In this document: positions 12,190 through 24,844 of the stretch, in pieces
How the letters are laid out: each line of letters opens with the position of its first letter
Numbering within the stretch: the first letter of the stretch is position 1
Source: Girardia tigrina
Taxonomy: Eukaryota
Direction of reading: 5' to 3'
NCBI GenBank assembly: GCA_001938485.1
Contig: MQRK01229041.1
Span: 1 to 52,116 of the forward strand
Length of the DNA stretch: 52,116 bases
Program-made: the position numbers and the translations under genes
Notes under the pieces: generated by a model
What the model was told of the DNA's origin: nothing
The model's input: only the letters and a program-made list of their open reading frames with translations
The model's database searches: none

Positions 12190-14347
12190 AATAGTATAGC
12201 CAAGTTGAACTGAACGAAAACGCAAAATTGAAGACAGCATTCAGTACTAAAATGGGACAGTTCTGTTTCAACAGATTACAATTTGTATTATTACACTAGC
12301 AACGCTTCAAAGTTTGGCGCACAAAATATTTGGAAATTTACTATATAAAGGTGTTGTAATTTATCTGGTTGATATTCTGGTATATTCTAAAAATGAAGAG
12401 GATCATATAAAACAATTAAAAGAAGTTTTTACTCGCCTAAAAAGTTCTGGCTTAAAAGTAAATACAAAAAAGTGGATTTTTCGAACTGAAAAATTTAGTT
12501 TTCTGGGTCACGTAATCAACTACAAAGGAATCGAAATTTCCACAGGAATATAACGATAATGAAATACAAAATAATATACAAAGCTGCGTAACCCTGGTTC
12601 GTTTGTTTTTAAGATTATGTATTTATTAACGTAGGTTACATTGGGATTATGCATTTTTTACTGGTCTTTTGAATGTTCTGACGAAAAATGTGAATCATAA
12701 ATTAAAATGGTCTAACGTCTGCCACAAAACTTTGATGTACTTAAAGAAAAATTAACGTCGTCCATGATTCTGGCATTTCCTGATTCGACTAAAAATATGA
12801 ATTGAGACACAGATGCATGTTTTGGTGCTATTAGAGATGTTTTGAGCCAAATAAATGAAAAAGGAACTAAAGAGGTTTTAGAGCATGGATCACGAGTTCT
12901 TACTAATTACGAGAAAGGTTATTGTGTCATAAGACAAGAGTTCTTTGCTCTTCATTAATTTAAAATGTATTTCAAACATTATTTACTTGGAAAACATTTG
13001 TGGCTAGAACAGATCATAAAGCTTTAACGTATATGATAAATACGCCCAAATCAACAAGTCCACAGTTCCAGATATCTTTGCTAACAAATCAGGTTTAAAG
13101 TTTGATTTACAATATCCAAAGGCAATAAACATTGGAATGCAGAGGGTTATCAAGAGTATCAGAAAGTTTGTGTTTTTAATGATTGTCAAACACAAAGACA
13201 TTACAGGTGAAAAACCAGGATACAGATATTTAAATGTCATGAATAACCTGAAGTCCAATGACGAGATGAAGAATATCCGAGAAGAATTCGGACCTTTAGA
13301 ACAAGTAGTGATGGATATCGCGTCCTTCGCCGACGAGAACGTCAAACACAGGTATTTTCTAGTATTAATTGATATATTCAGTTAATTAATTTGTCTGATA
13401 CCAATAGTGTGTCAAGACGACAAAATAGTTTCTCAAAATATATAGTACCTTTGAATTTAAAAATTTCGAAAACCTAGATCGGTCCTGTCTAATAGAGGTT
13501 TTTGAAGAATAAGAAATGGAGATGCTAGCCATGAAATTCGGTATTGGACTAGAGTTTTCATCGTATTACCAGTATCAATCTAATGGTTTGGCAGTGGAAA
13601 CCATAAGAGCAGTCCGAGATATGCTTCTTACTTCTAAAATAGGAGAAAATTTTAAAAAGCAGTGGACTAGCTGGATACCAAAGATCAAATTCCACATCAC
13701 TGCAACATATCACAGTTATATTGGACAATCACCGTTTGAAATTATTTATGGAATGAAATTATTGCTACATGGATAATTCCAGGACTCCAAGATAGACCAC
13801 AGTAATAATATAACTAAAACAGAATTTTCAAATAAGAAGACCGCAGATAAGTTGCGGCTGTTAATTGAGAGAAAGTTTTCCACGTTGGAGAAGAGATGAT
13901 GGTTAAAATAGAACCATATAAAGCAAAGAATGGATTCAGATATGAGATGCCTTATATAATTTTAGAATTTATAAGTCCACATCATGTATTATTGCATTAC
14001 CGGTTCATCCGAAACCAAGAAAAAACATGAAGATTAAAAGGGGGAAGCTAGATTATATTAAATATGTTCCGGAATTGAGTAACAAGATTCAGCGATTTAA
14101 CAGGGAAATGTAGCATAATCGAAATGGACCCCAGCCATGGGAATATCAGACCCCATTGCGTAATTACGTAATATTTTTCACTATTTATATTATATTTTTG
14201 TATGTAAATATTTAATTTAGTAATCGATATAATTTAGTTGTTCAACTGATTTAAAGAAAATGATGTGAGGTAAAAAATTAAATGAGTTATTTTGTGACTT
14301 ATTTATACGTAAACGATTTTTACTTATTCTCATCTCTTTAATTTACA
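12190..14347 (+). mobile_element. Degenerate Ty3/gypsy pol (RT-RNase H-integrase) with probable 3' LTR at 14109-14347
   Basis: Motifs KTAFSTKMGQFCFNR, IYLVDILVYSKNEEDH, FLGHVI, ETDACFGAI..VLSQ, YQSNGLAVETIR and GQSPFEIIYG. Purine run CAGGGAAA is followed by TGTAG...TTTACA. Confidence 0.85.
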
Positions 14348-14854
14348 TTAAAACATATATGCTTCCTACGGATGTTAATTTTGCTCTGAGCATAAGAGAT
14401 TCTTCCATATGAAACCACATCCTCTACAAGAGAGGATTATGTTAAGTAAAAACCAAATATTCTTACAATTGTCATATAATGGTTAAAAATGAATGATTAT
14501 ATACTCTGATAACAAATTCTACGATAAAATAACAAAGTGGTAAATAGAGAGCCACTTATTCTTTAAAAGCCTGCTTGTGGGGGGGGGGTTGATTGACTAA
14601 ATTATCAGTTCCATTATTTCTGTGATTGGCGAGAGCTACGCATCAGATTATCACAAGTGATGGAGAATGCTGTGATAAACAAACGAAAGTAATATAATAC
14701 TACGAAAGTGTTTTATTTATATTTTTTTGTTAATTAATAATTGAAATAATTGTACATACACATGCTAACATTTTCTATATTTTCAATCTTTATCTTGATC
14801 TATATTTTCAAGAAAACCCTTTTTTACTCATTTTGTTTTCTAAGTACGTTTTAT

Positions 14855-15095
14855 AAAAAATTTACATGTTAGAAATTGCATGCTCATCATTTTCAAACGT
14901 GGGAAAAGTGCTGCAGAAACAAGGGCTTCAATATGTTCAGTGTATTGAGATTGTGTTTGACGGTTGATATATGATTCCAGAAGTTGAGAAACTTTGAATT
15001 TGTGCTCGAGGATATAGAAAGAAGTAGTAGACCCTAAGAAATGGAGGACACTGAGTCACAAATAATTTTAGATAAGTATACTGCCCAGATCACAA
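14855..15095 (+). mobile_element. Mariner N-terminal HTH remnant
   Basis: HVRNCML..FKRGKSAAETRASICSVY, then a decayed LED.ERS.RP motif. Confidence 0.55.
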
Positions 15096-15420
15096 TTTAA
15101 TACTATGTTTATTTAAAAAATAAAATGAACGAAACTTGTTTCAAAGGATGATCAAAACTATTATTTTTCACAAACACAAACTCTAATGATTATGTTTTCT
15201 GCAAAATGTACACAGATGTAATGTTAATTATTAGAAACAATAACATTTTGCCAACATTGTACATTCTTTTGATTCTCTTCTATCAAATGTATCTTGTAAA
15301 CGAGATTGGCGCCTTCAATTATCCGAAAGGCCATAAAATATATTCAACTAATAAATCAACAAAGAACAAATTAATGAAGCAACATCGCTTACAAGAAACA
15401 ATAGCCGAAATATATTTCTA

Positions 15421-15480
15421 AAATATATTATATATTAGAAATATTTTATATATTAGAAATATATTATATATTAGAAATAT
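15421..15480. repeat. 18-bp minisatellite (AAATATATTATATATTAG) x3.3
   Basis: Read directly from the sequence. Confidence 0.85.
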
Positions 15481-15761
15481 TTCTTTGCTGCATCTAACTA
15501 AATTTGCCGTGGAGAATATGTTAAACTCTAAATATTATTTTTATATATAGAAAGAAACTTCATATGCAAATTTATATTACAAAGGTTTTCAGTTATGTTT
15601 AACAAAACAATAACAATTGATTTTAAAAGGTAAAATAATTTTACAAATAAATTTTTATGTTTTGGGTTGGTAACTAAGTAATTGGTGATTTCAGTCATAG
15701 ATGTCTCTCACTCCGATTTTTATCATATACGTAAATGTTATGAACTTATTCTTCTTTTACT

Positions 15762-16530
15762 TAGGCTGTCCCAAAAGTTCTCAGGTGGCCTTTAAAAATA
15801 CACTAATATTTTACCAAATTTAACCAAATTTGGACTGAATATTATTCAGACTTTCTTAAATACTGTGTTAAAATTTCAAAGCATAAAATTAAAAAAAAGT
15901 AAAATTTTATTCTATTAAAGTATTGAAATTTTAAAAGTGCAGCAAATTCAAATCAAGCGTTTTTTTACAATGGAAGAAAATAAATGTTGCCAACGCTTTA
16001 TTGTTCTACTTAAAGTAAAAGAGGATTCTCTGCTTCAGAAATTCTTCAGAACCTTCAGCAGGCATGGGAAGACGCAAATCCATCAGCACTGAAAACTATT
16101 CAACAATGGTTGACTGATTTTAAAAAAAGAAAAGCGGACGTCCTTCTACGATTCATCAAGAAGTGGCAGGCCGTCATTAATAGACGATGAAAAGATTAAA
16201 GCAGTCAAAGAAGTGATTGATGAAGCTCCAAATGCGTCTTTGCGTTATATTGAAAATGAACTTTCTTTAGGCAAAAATACAGTCCACAAAATTTTGCGTG
16301 AAAAACTTCATTACAAAAAAGTTTGCTCTGTTTGGATCGCTCCCGAACTTTCTGCTGCTAATAAATAACAACGCATTGACACTGCAAAGCATATACGCCA
16401 TGTAATTTCACAGATGGGTGATGAAGCATATTCCAACATATCTATTGAGGATGAGACATGGGTCTTTTTCCAAGGTAGAGGAAAGAAAGAAGATCACAAA
16501 GTTTAGATTCCTTCTAATGCTGTTTCACCA
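15762..16530 (+). mobile_element. Mariner 5' half, truncated
   Basis: TIR-like TAGGCTGTCCCAAAAGTTC; ATG at about 15970. Motifs WLTDFKK, D.SRSGRP, SLRYIENELSLGKNTVHKILREKLHYKKVCSVWIAPEL and IEDETW. Confidence 0.8.
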
Positions 16531-17414
16531 AAAGTGTTTGATTGTAAATGAGAAGGGAATTGATTTGTGCCTTTGTCGAATTATTTTGAGTCAGTGTGAC
16601 TGTTGATTAAATCATTGAAAAGGGAATATCAATACAATGTCGATGAATGTGTGAGACTTCAAGAGAGATTTGAGATTCTGTCTAAATCGTTGTCGTGGAA
16701 TTGAAAATCGGATGAGTTTGATTTAGTAGTAAAAGTTATTCTATCGCCAAAAAAAAGAATTCGAAAATGAAATTGAATTGTTGAACAAATGCGGAGAAAT
16801 CTTCCAATTAATCATTTCCGCCTTGGAAATTCTATCAGAAGAAAAAATGTGGAAATTCATTCAAAAAACCGATAAGCTCGAATTAATGTTCAAATCGCCT
16901 TTTGGATTAATCAAATTAATTAACGTTAATTTGTTAATGAATTTCGAATTTGAATTTAACGAAAATCAATTGAATTTAAAAACTCGTTCATTATTACCGG
17001 AAACGAAAATCTTTCACTCGATTTCGTTTCGATGTTAAATTTAATTACTTTGAAATTTGATGACTGAATTTGTTTCATGAAAATATTTCAAATATTGTTA
17101 TTTTTTTTATTGTTATTAGAAAATAATATTATTAATAAAAAAAAATTTTTATAAAAACAACCACGTTTTTCAAGCATTACCAATGCACTAAAAAGAGGAA
17201 AATAATTTTTTTCTAGACATGTGAGAAATTTTATANNNNNNNNNNNNNNNNNNNNNNNNNNNNNNNNNNNNNNNNNNNNNNNNNNNNNNNNNNNNNNNNN
17301 NNNNNNNNNNNNNNNNNNNNNNNNNNNNNNNNNNNNNNNNNNNNNNNNNNNNNNNNNNNNNNAAAATTTTTTTTATTAATAATATTATTTAACTATTTTT
17401 AGTTATCATTTAGG

Positions 17415-17783
17415 AATTTTTTTTTCAAAATTTTTTTATCAAATTGTATTGTCATCGGAAGGAAGCCTGTATAAAACTTCATTCATGAAAATAAACGAAA
17501 AGATTGCTATTTAATACAGTGTATAAATTTGTAGATAATCGTAAGTGGTTTTTTGCAAAAAAAATTAGAAAGAATTATTTGTTTTCAAAATTTTTTTTAT
17601 CAAATTGTATTGTCATTGGAAGCAAGTCTGTATACAAAAATTCAGCTCAATTGGATGACTGAAAGTGGTCGAAAAATCATTCACAAGATTTGTTCCAGAC
17701 AGAAAAACAGACAAACAGACAAACAGACAAACAGACAAACAGACAAACAGACAAGAAAGCAAGCTAATAAAAACGTGGTAAAA
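17415..17783 (+). mobile_element. Non-autonomous repeat with (AGACAAAC)n microsatellite, probably Helitron/Helentron (DINE/HINE)-like
   Basis: About 60-bp internal duplication at a ~160-bp period (17423/17582); (CAGACAAA)n at about 17696-17755. The end GAAAGCAAGCTAATAAAAA.....TAAAA is shared with the copy at 33740-33885. Confidence 0.5.
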
Positions 17784-17785
17784 TA

Positions 17786-18170
17786 CACCCTGATCTGTGC
17801 AGAATTTTTTTGAAAGGAATATGTCAGGTGGAGAATTGTCGATACCTCCACAAAAATTCGAAATCTTCGGTAGTTCAGAATGACTTAAACATAACTGAAA
17901 CCGAACGGAAGGAGAGAAAACTGACCACCGTTACAAAGAACCGTTGGAACGAGAAAGGAGAAAATGTAGTTTTGAGAACAGGGGGAGTGTGGGTGTCACA
18001 CGGTTACAAGACTTTCAAGGTCAATTTTCTCCTAGACGATGCAAGCACTGAGACATTCATAGATCGTTGTCTTGCAGACGACTTGGAAATATACGGTGAA
18101 AAGGAAGACGTAAATGTACAAGTTCTCGGCGGGACTTGCAGATCGATTCAAGCAGAGAGAGTGTCAAGTG
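17786..18170 (+). mobile_element. BEL/Pao-type aspartic protease fragment preceded in frame by a CCCH zinc finger
   Basis: The frame from 17786 reads HPDLCRIFLKGICQVENCRYLH...VLRTGGVWV...KVNFLLDDASTETFIDRCLADDLEIYG...VNVQVLGG. Confidence 0.7.
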
Positions 18171-19638
18171 GTTTTAATTTAGTTGTAGAATATAAATTTA
18201 AAAAACGTTTTGGATAATAAATATATGAATAAAGTATGAATATTTGTAAATTCTACTTCCTTCTTGGATTGCTGAACAAATCCAACTAAGTAGAAATAGA
18301 TCGATTTTGGATCATATTATAAAATTTCAAGATAAATATAGTAATGGTTGCAATAGATATTAATATTAAATATTATTATTACGAAGATAAATAAATGAAA
18401 AGTATAACTACGTCAACAAAAACACAACATTATTTGGTACTCACATATTAACTTCACCCCTGCAAAACTCTTCTGCACGAAGTTATCTTTTGGTTTCCTT
18501 GTTATCTTGTTTCTTGCTGGTTTTTGATCCCATTTTTAGTGCTACGAAAATGCTTATTTAGGATATGCAAAAAACAGAACAAGATGCAATTTTTTTCTCA
18601 TGAGCGAAACATTTTACCTAAAAAATTGCCAAACAAATAAAATAGTAATAGAATGATTTATTCATGATAAGGTTAATCATACATACAATTTTATTGATCC
18701 GGATGTAGGATTTCATACAAACAGTTGAGAGAGAGTGTGGCAGTGCAGAATGGAGGGACAAGACACATGGGGGCTGCGAGACATCATTTAGAATCTTATT
18801 TATCAGAGGTTTTAAAAATATATCAAAAATCATTAACAATTACATGAAGAAAACATAATTCTTTTTTGATAGTTAATCATTTTATATCTGAAAAGGTGAG
18901 ATGATTGTAACTTTTAATGATGGTTATACCAATCATTAGGTTGTATCATAAAAAATAAATCAGTGGTCCATTTATTATAAAGAGATATGTTTCATTTGGA
19001 CGTATAAGTTATCGGAATGTATCATTTAGTATGTAGAGTCAAGAATTCACTAGTAAAATTGCTATTGCAGCCCTTGGATGTCAACACAAGAGCGGGTACC
19101 CTATGTTCATCGAATGTATAATTGATATTTCTTTACAAATATCTTCTTAAACCTATTACAATGGGAAAACAATTTTGAGTTTAAACCAATGATAAATAAT
19201 TCAAATAAATACGTCTGTGAGTATATTGTTTGTAGGAGAATAATTTTATTTTATTGTCCATTTTATTTACCCTCAAAACAGACGGGTGTTTATACTAATG
19301 GAAAAATATTTTATTATTATTTTAAAATACGTTTTATAACTGTTAGAGCTTAAACTCATATTATTTATGTATACCATTACAAAATTAATTAGTGCAATAA
19401 TTTTTAAGTACATAATCGTTGTGGCTATTGTTCAACAAAAACAATGACAGCATTTTAAAAAACAGCTTTAAATGATTATTCTTTAGAATACTCGCCATTT
19501 ACTTCATACCTTGCATCCCTCTGAATTGGCAATCTTTCGATTGTAAAGACGAAGAAGTTGATGTTCCTAGAGACTGGTGTCATTCAAATGGTGGCAAAAT
19601 TTGTAAGCGACCAAATTTCCTGCCTTTGAATAATATTA

Positions 19639-20850
19639 TTAGGTTGGAAACATAGTTCTCGAACAAATTTTATTACAACTTTTATATACAACGAAACAAT
19701 GCAGAAAAAGGCATATATCAATCATCAATGAAATCACCGTTATTTTCGAACACTTGATTTCAACGACGGCGTAAATCATGGATACCTTTGTTGTAAAATT
19801 CAACTGGTTTGCTTTTGAGGAAGTCTCCAACAGCAGCTTTCAATTCATCATCCGTTGTGAACGTTTGCCACTCAAGAAGTTCTGCAGTGCCTGAAATAAG
19901 TAGTAGTCTGTTGGTGCCAGGTCGGGCGAGTATAGTGGATGTGGGAGAACTTCCCACTCCAGCTCCAGAAGTTTATCACGGGTCAGATTGGCAACGTGTG
20001 GTCAGGCCTTGTCATGAAGAAACATGACATCAGTCAATTCTGGTCGTGTTTGTACAATCACGTCTGCCACCCGTTACAGTTGTTGACAGTATAATTTGGC
20101 GTTGATGGACTGATTGCTTTCCAACATTTCCCAGTGAATCACGCCCTTTGCATCCCACCAGACACAAACCATGAGCTTTTTTTGATGCAGGTCGGCCTTT
20201 GCCTGAGGTTATGTAGTTGTAACCTTGTCTGTCCATCTTCTTCTGCGTGTTATGTTCGAGTACATACATCATTTCTCATCTGCAGTAATCAGTTTGTTCA
20301 GCCAATCTAAATGACGCTTCTTGGACAGTAGTGTCGTGCAGGCGTCTTTGCGGCGTTGACGATATAAGTGGGTTAGTTGGTGTGGGACCCATACGTACAG
20401 TTTGCTGACTTTGCCCATTTCCTCCAAGTGATGCAAAATGGCAGTATGGGTCAGGTGTGGATCACTTTCGACACAAGCGCAAAAACGGTCATTGTCAATA
20501 AGTGAGGGTCGACAACTCCTTGGCTAATCTTTGAGATCGAATTGACCACGCTGAAACTTCTTAAACAAATCATAGGCTGTACGATGGTCAATTGTGCAGT
20601 CTCCAAATGCTTGGTTGATACGACGTTCCGAGTGACCAGCCCGGACTTGTAATCATACAGTAACATAAAACGTCGCTGTTCAAGAGAGATATTTGAAAAT
20701 TTAAATATCTGAAATTATGAAAATATACAATTAAAAAATATTGCATTTACTTATATATAAATCAATAAAGCAATACATGTATATTTTTGCATTGTTTCGT
20801 TGTATATCATTGTTAATAAAAGTTGTGCGAGAACTTTGTTTCCAACCTGA
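19639..20850 (-). mobile_element. Complete but multiply frameshifted mariner with ~80-bp inverted termini
   Basis: TA|TTAGGTTGGAAAC... and ...GTTTCCAACCTGA|TA. Decayed transposase motifs MLLYDYKSG, WVPHQL, ITADEK and HDKA.PH. Confidence 0.92.
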
Positions 20851-20869
20851 TACATTATAAATGTCAATG

Positions 20870-21520
20870 TATAGGCGCTTTTGGCGGAGAATATGATCAT
20901 TGAGAAAGAACTCGGAAGATTTGGTGATAGATGCTCAATGAGTGCCGAGAACTATCATAGAAGAAGGCAATATTGTTCTTTTTATGTGATCAAATCGTCG
21001 TGATTGCTGCATGAATGAGGCCAAATTGAGTAAAATAAACATTGCTGTTGATACTTAATTTCAAATGCTTCATTCTGTCAAATACAAATCCTGTGGTTAT
21101 AACTTCACATGGGATGATTTATATTCTTTTCCACCAAAGGAATAACTTTGCCCTTTCAAAGTAAACGTCTTTTGATATTTCGTTTTGATAAAATTCCAGG
21201 AAAACCAAAACTATTTTTCTTTTGACGATAAATAACAATCCTTCTCGGTGACGAGATTATTTAGCAACAAAGTTAAAAACGTTGACACTTTCGGCTATGG
21301 GGTCATGACCATGTTGATTTTAACCATTCAGTCAGTTCCCATACTTTTTTAAGCTTTTTGGCACGACGAATAATGAAAGGATAGTCTACAGTGATTTCTA
21401 CGACCAAACTTAATGTTGTTAGGCTCTTGTCTGCTTTTAAAGCTGTCAGAAGTGCCTGATCGTCAATATGCAGGGGTGGATTTATTTTTTCTTTACCTGT
21501 GATTTTATGAAAAAAATGCA
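20870..21520 (-). mobile_element. Highly degenerate mariner fragment
   Basis: PLHIDDQALLTALKADKSLTT...LKKVWELTEW, plus downstream decayed mariner-like stretches. Confidence 0.55.
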
Positions 21521-21559
21521 ATAATTATTCATTACTAATAAGAAATTTAAAAAATAATG

Positions 21560-22975
21560 GCAAAATTTTATAATCAAGAACGCCATTGAAATCAAATTTT
21601 ATTGTCGCAATATATTTCGGTGGATTTTTCATCATCTTCAGGCTGAATTAACAACAATTTCGCTGTCTTATATATAGCCAATTGATGATTAAGCAAACAT
21701 CTTTCGTAATAACTAATTAAATATTTTCAACAAATTGGAAGAGAGACTTGTTTGGACATTAATGGACGGATTAAGTGATTTAATCAATAATGATTCACAA
21801 GTAACTCTTTCCCAATAATTTTTAAAATTACTGCACAATATTTTAAAATTAATTGTTTTCACCTCCGATTTACAACCATTCATATGTCCAGCAATATTAC
21901 TCCCATCACCCAATCGTCCATGCTCCTGAATCCGTTTACAGAGATGACGAGACGTCTCTCTAATGTATGTAGCGTTGCATCCATTCCACGAAAATTGATA
22001 AACCAGATTGGAACATAAACTCAAAGGAGTACGAGATTTATTGCTGAACATACTTTGATTTTTGTAAGATTTAGAAATGATTTTTAAATTCAAATTTTTA
22101 CTATCGATTGATTTTAAAATAGACGATTTAATTTTCTTGTAACCTTCTGAATAAGGAACGATTAGCGTATATCCAATATTAGAATTTTCATTAGAATTTT
22201 CATTCGTCTTTACCTTCATGCTCTTTATTCATTAATTTATCTATCGTCTCATTAGTTAGTTTCTCTAAAAATGATTTCGAATAGCCATTTTTCTGCAATA
22301 GTTCTGTTAGTTTATCTATGCTTGCATCTGCTTTTTCATATGTTGATGATAGAGACCAACACCTAAATAACAAACCTTTTATCATACTTCTATAATACTT
22401 AAGTTCACAGAAGCTTTTAGTAGTAGTATATAGCCCTGTATTTGTTTTTTTCTATAAATCTCTGTCTCGTAACGACTCTCTTTTCTCTATATTAACAAAT
22501 CTAAAAATGTTAAAACACCATTCTTCTCAAGCGCAACCGTGAAAACAATATTATAATGAAGAGAATTCATATAAGATAAAAACGGCAACATATTTTCACG
22601 CTCTTTGACGACAAGGAAAATATCATCAACATATCGTTTATAAGCTAAAGGTCTAACAACCGTGAACGAATGAATTTGATTTTCAATGTTAAACAGAAAA
22701 ATGGATGCAAGTGTTGGTGCCAGAGGGGAACTCATTGCAACACCATCTACCTGTTTATACCAATTAGCATTAAACAAAAAATGAACATTTGGTGTTGCAA
22801 AAGTAAGTAATTCACGAAAAGCAAACTCATCAAGACTATCATGCTTACCACTATTACATTTCCAGAGATCACAACACAGATCAATTGTTTCCATCAATGG
22901 GACATTGGTAAAAAGACTTGCAATGTCAAAAAAAACCATGAATTCATTTTCATTACCCAAATCAAAGTTAGATAT
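21560..22975 (-). mobile_element. PLE: RT + GIY-YIG endonuclease + 3' pLTR region with hammerhead
   Basis: RT motifs FDIASLFTNVP, YKQVDGVAMSSPLAP and YKRYVDDIF. GIY-YIG LVYQF...CNATYIRETSRHLCKRIQEH...ESLLIK..PSINVQ. Frameshifted and 5'-truncated. Confidence 0.95.
21601..21650 (-). ncRNA. Minimal type I hammerhead ribozyme (PLE-associated), helix II mutated
   Basis: The minus strand reads TTCAGC-CTGAAGA-T-GATGAAAAATCCACC-GAAA-TATA-TT-GCGAC-AATAAA. Confidence 0.72.
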
Positions 22976-23251
22976 AAATTTTTTATTGTTTTATTTTTAA
23001 ATAAGCATTTATTTTTTGATAGTTTTCTTTATAATATCATTTTTATTTTTGAAACATTTGTATTTATTTACTTTTTTTAAAAACTCTCAAATTAAAAAAA
23101 AATAATAAATAATTTTGGCGAAATGCAAATTAAAATTAACTCCTCACAATGTCTACAAATTTCATACTTGCAACTTAATAATTAAATTGTTTCAAATTTT
23201 GAATTAATTATTTGAGAATGTTTCTTGAATATCAATTTAGAACTACAATGT

Positions 23252-23400
23252 TGTTAAGAACATTTCCCATGAGTTCGACTCTTCCTGTCATTTTCAAAAT
23301 TCGAACACAACTTTAAAATTCTTATTATTTTCTTAATTTTATATTTTTTTCTATATTGAACTATATTATAACCAATAATTAAAAATATTCTCGTAGCACG
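23252..23400 (-). repeat. Partial LTR of the TGTGAGG...CTTAAYA family
   Basis: Begins TGTTAAGAACATTT, the reverse complement of the family's LTR end. The other end was not found. Confidence 0.4.
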
Positions 23401-24162
23401 GATGAAGCTGAAAAGCCTTGAGTTTTTGACAAACTGGAGATATCATAAATGACTTTGATTTTCTTTCTTTTTATCTTACACAATTATTATTTTAATGTAA
23501 ATTATTACATATATAATTTTTTCTTTTGTTTTGAATTTCAGAGAGATTTATCATTAAAGAGATTACAATTAAATATAAATAATATAAAATAAAAAAATGA
23601 TAATATTTTTTTATTAATAAAGAATAATGAAACTTTATTTATTAATTGTTTATTTATTTTTCTTTCCCATTTCTCTTCCTCTTGTCCAAGAAATGTAATT
23701 CTTTATTCTTAACAATGTTGTTTAGAAAAAAAATTTATTGCGTGTTTTCGTTCATTAGTTGCACAAATTATTCATTTTCACTGTCTACTAAAAACTGGAA
23801 AAATTTATTTTTCATTTACCATTTAAATTGCTTATTAGACCCACAGAGCCATTATAGTTAAATTTCATTACTGAATTGATGGCGACACAGTCTAATGAAA
23901 ACATAATAAAGAAAGAAATTGAGTTTTTCCCAGTATTTTCAGAGAAAAAATATTTAAGAGAACCGGAAAACGTAATATATTTTACAATTATTTTCTTTGT
24001 CTCTCACTGGTTGAGAAGAAAAATAAGAAATATGTTAAGAATATGGAACAAATGAAGCATTAAAAAATTGTCACAAAGTAATTGAAATAATAATTTGCTT
24101 TTGAATTTTATTCTTCTTACTCAATGTTGTTTTCGGAAAAATGTATAGATTTATATTTTTAA

Positions 24163-24225
24163 CACTAGAACTGCCAACAATTTTTATATACCTATTCTAC
24201 TAAACCGGTCATTTTGACCAGTTTG
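24163..24225 (+). mobile_element. piggyBac-like single terminus
   Basis: TTAA|CACTAGAACTGCC followed by the subterminal palindrome CCGGTCATTTTGACCAG. No partner end seen. Confidence 0.45.
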
Positions 24226-24844
24226 ATATTTGGGAATTTATATAATCTAAAATATTATTTAATACATTTTAAGAGGTGTTTGTAACATCAATTTTATAAA
24301 TCATTTTTTACTCAATTTATACATTTATTATGAACAATATTCAAACAAATTTTCAATTGTTTTCTTAATTTAATAATTAGTCTATTTATTATTATTTTTT
24401 CCAAATTCTCTCTATTTTCTAAATTATTTTTCATTTTTTTAAAAATTTTAATCAAATCAAAATAATATTTAATTTTTAATTTTGCATTAAAAAACATTTT
24501 ATAATATTTTTAAACTATTTGAAATTTTTGAAAATACTTTATATATTTAATATTCAATTTTTTATATTTTAAATACATAACTTTTTAATCATATCCTCAA
24601 TTTAATTTAAAATTTGAAAAATAAATTTTTACAAATATTAATAAATTTTTTTAATAGAATTCAAATTTTGACTAAAATTAATAATTTTAAAACTACTTAA
24701 TCAGATCGGTTTTGATCAACTCATAATTCTACTAAAATAATATTTCAATTCAAATTAATTTATATATTTCAAAGAATATTTTCCAATTGAAATTTAAGTA
24801 TCGCTCTAAGTACTAATTTTAAAATTTTTTAAAATTATATTAAA

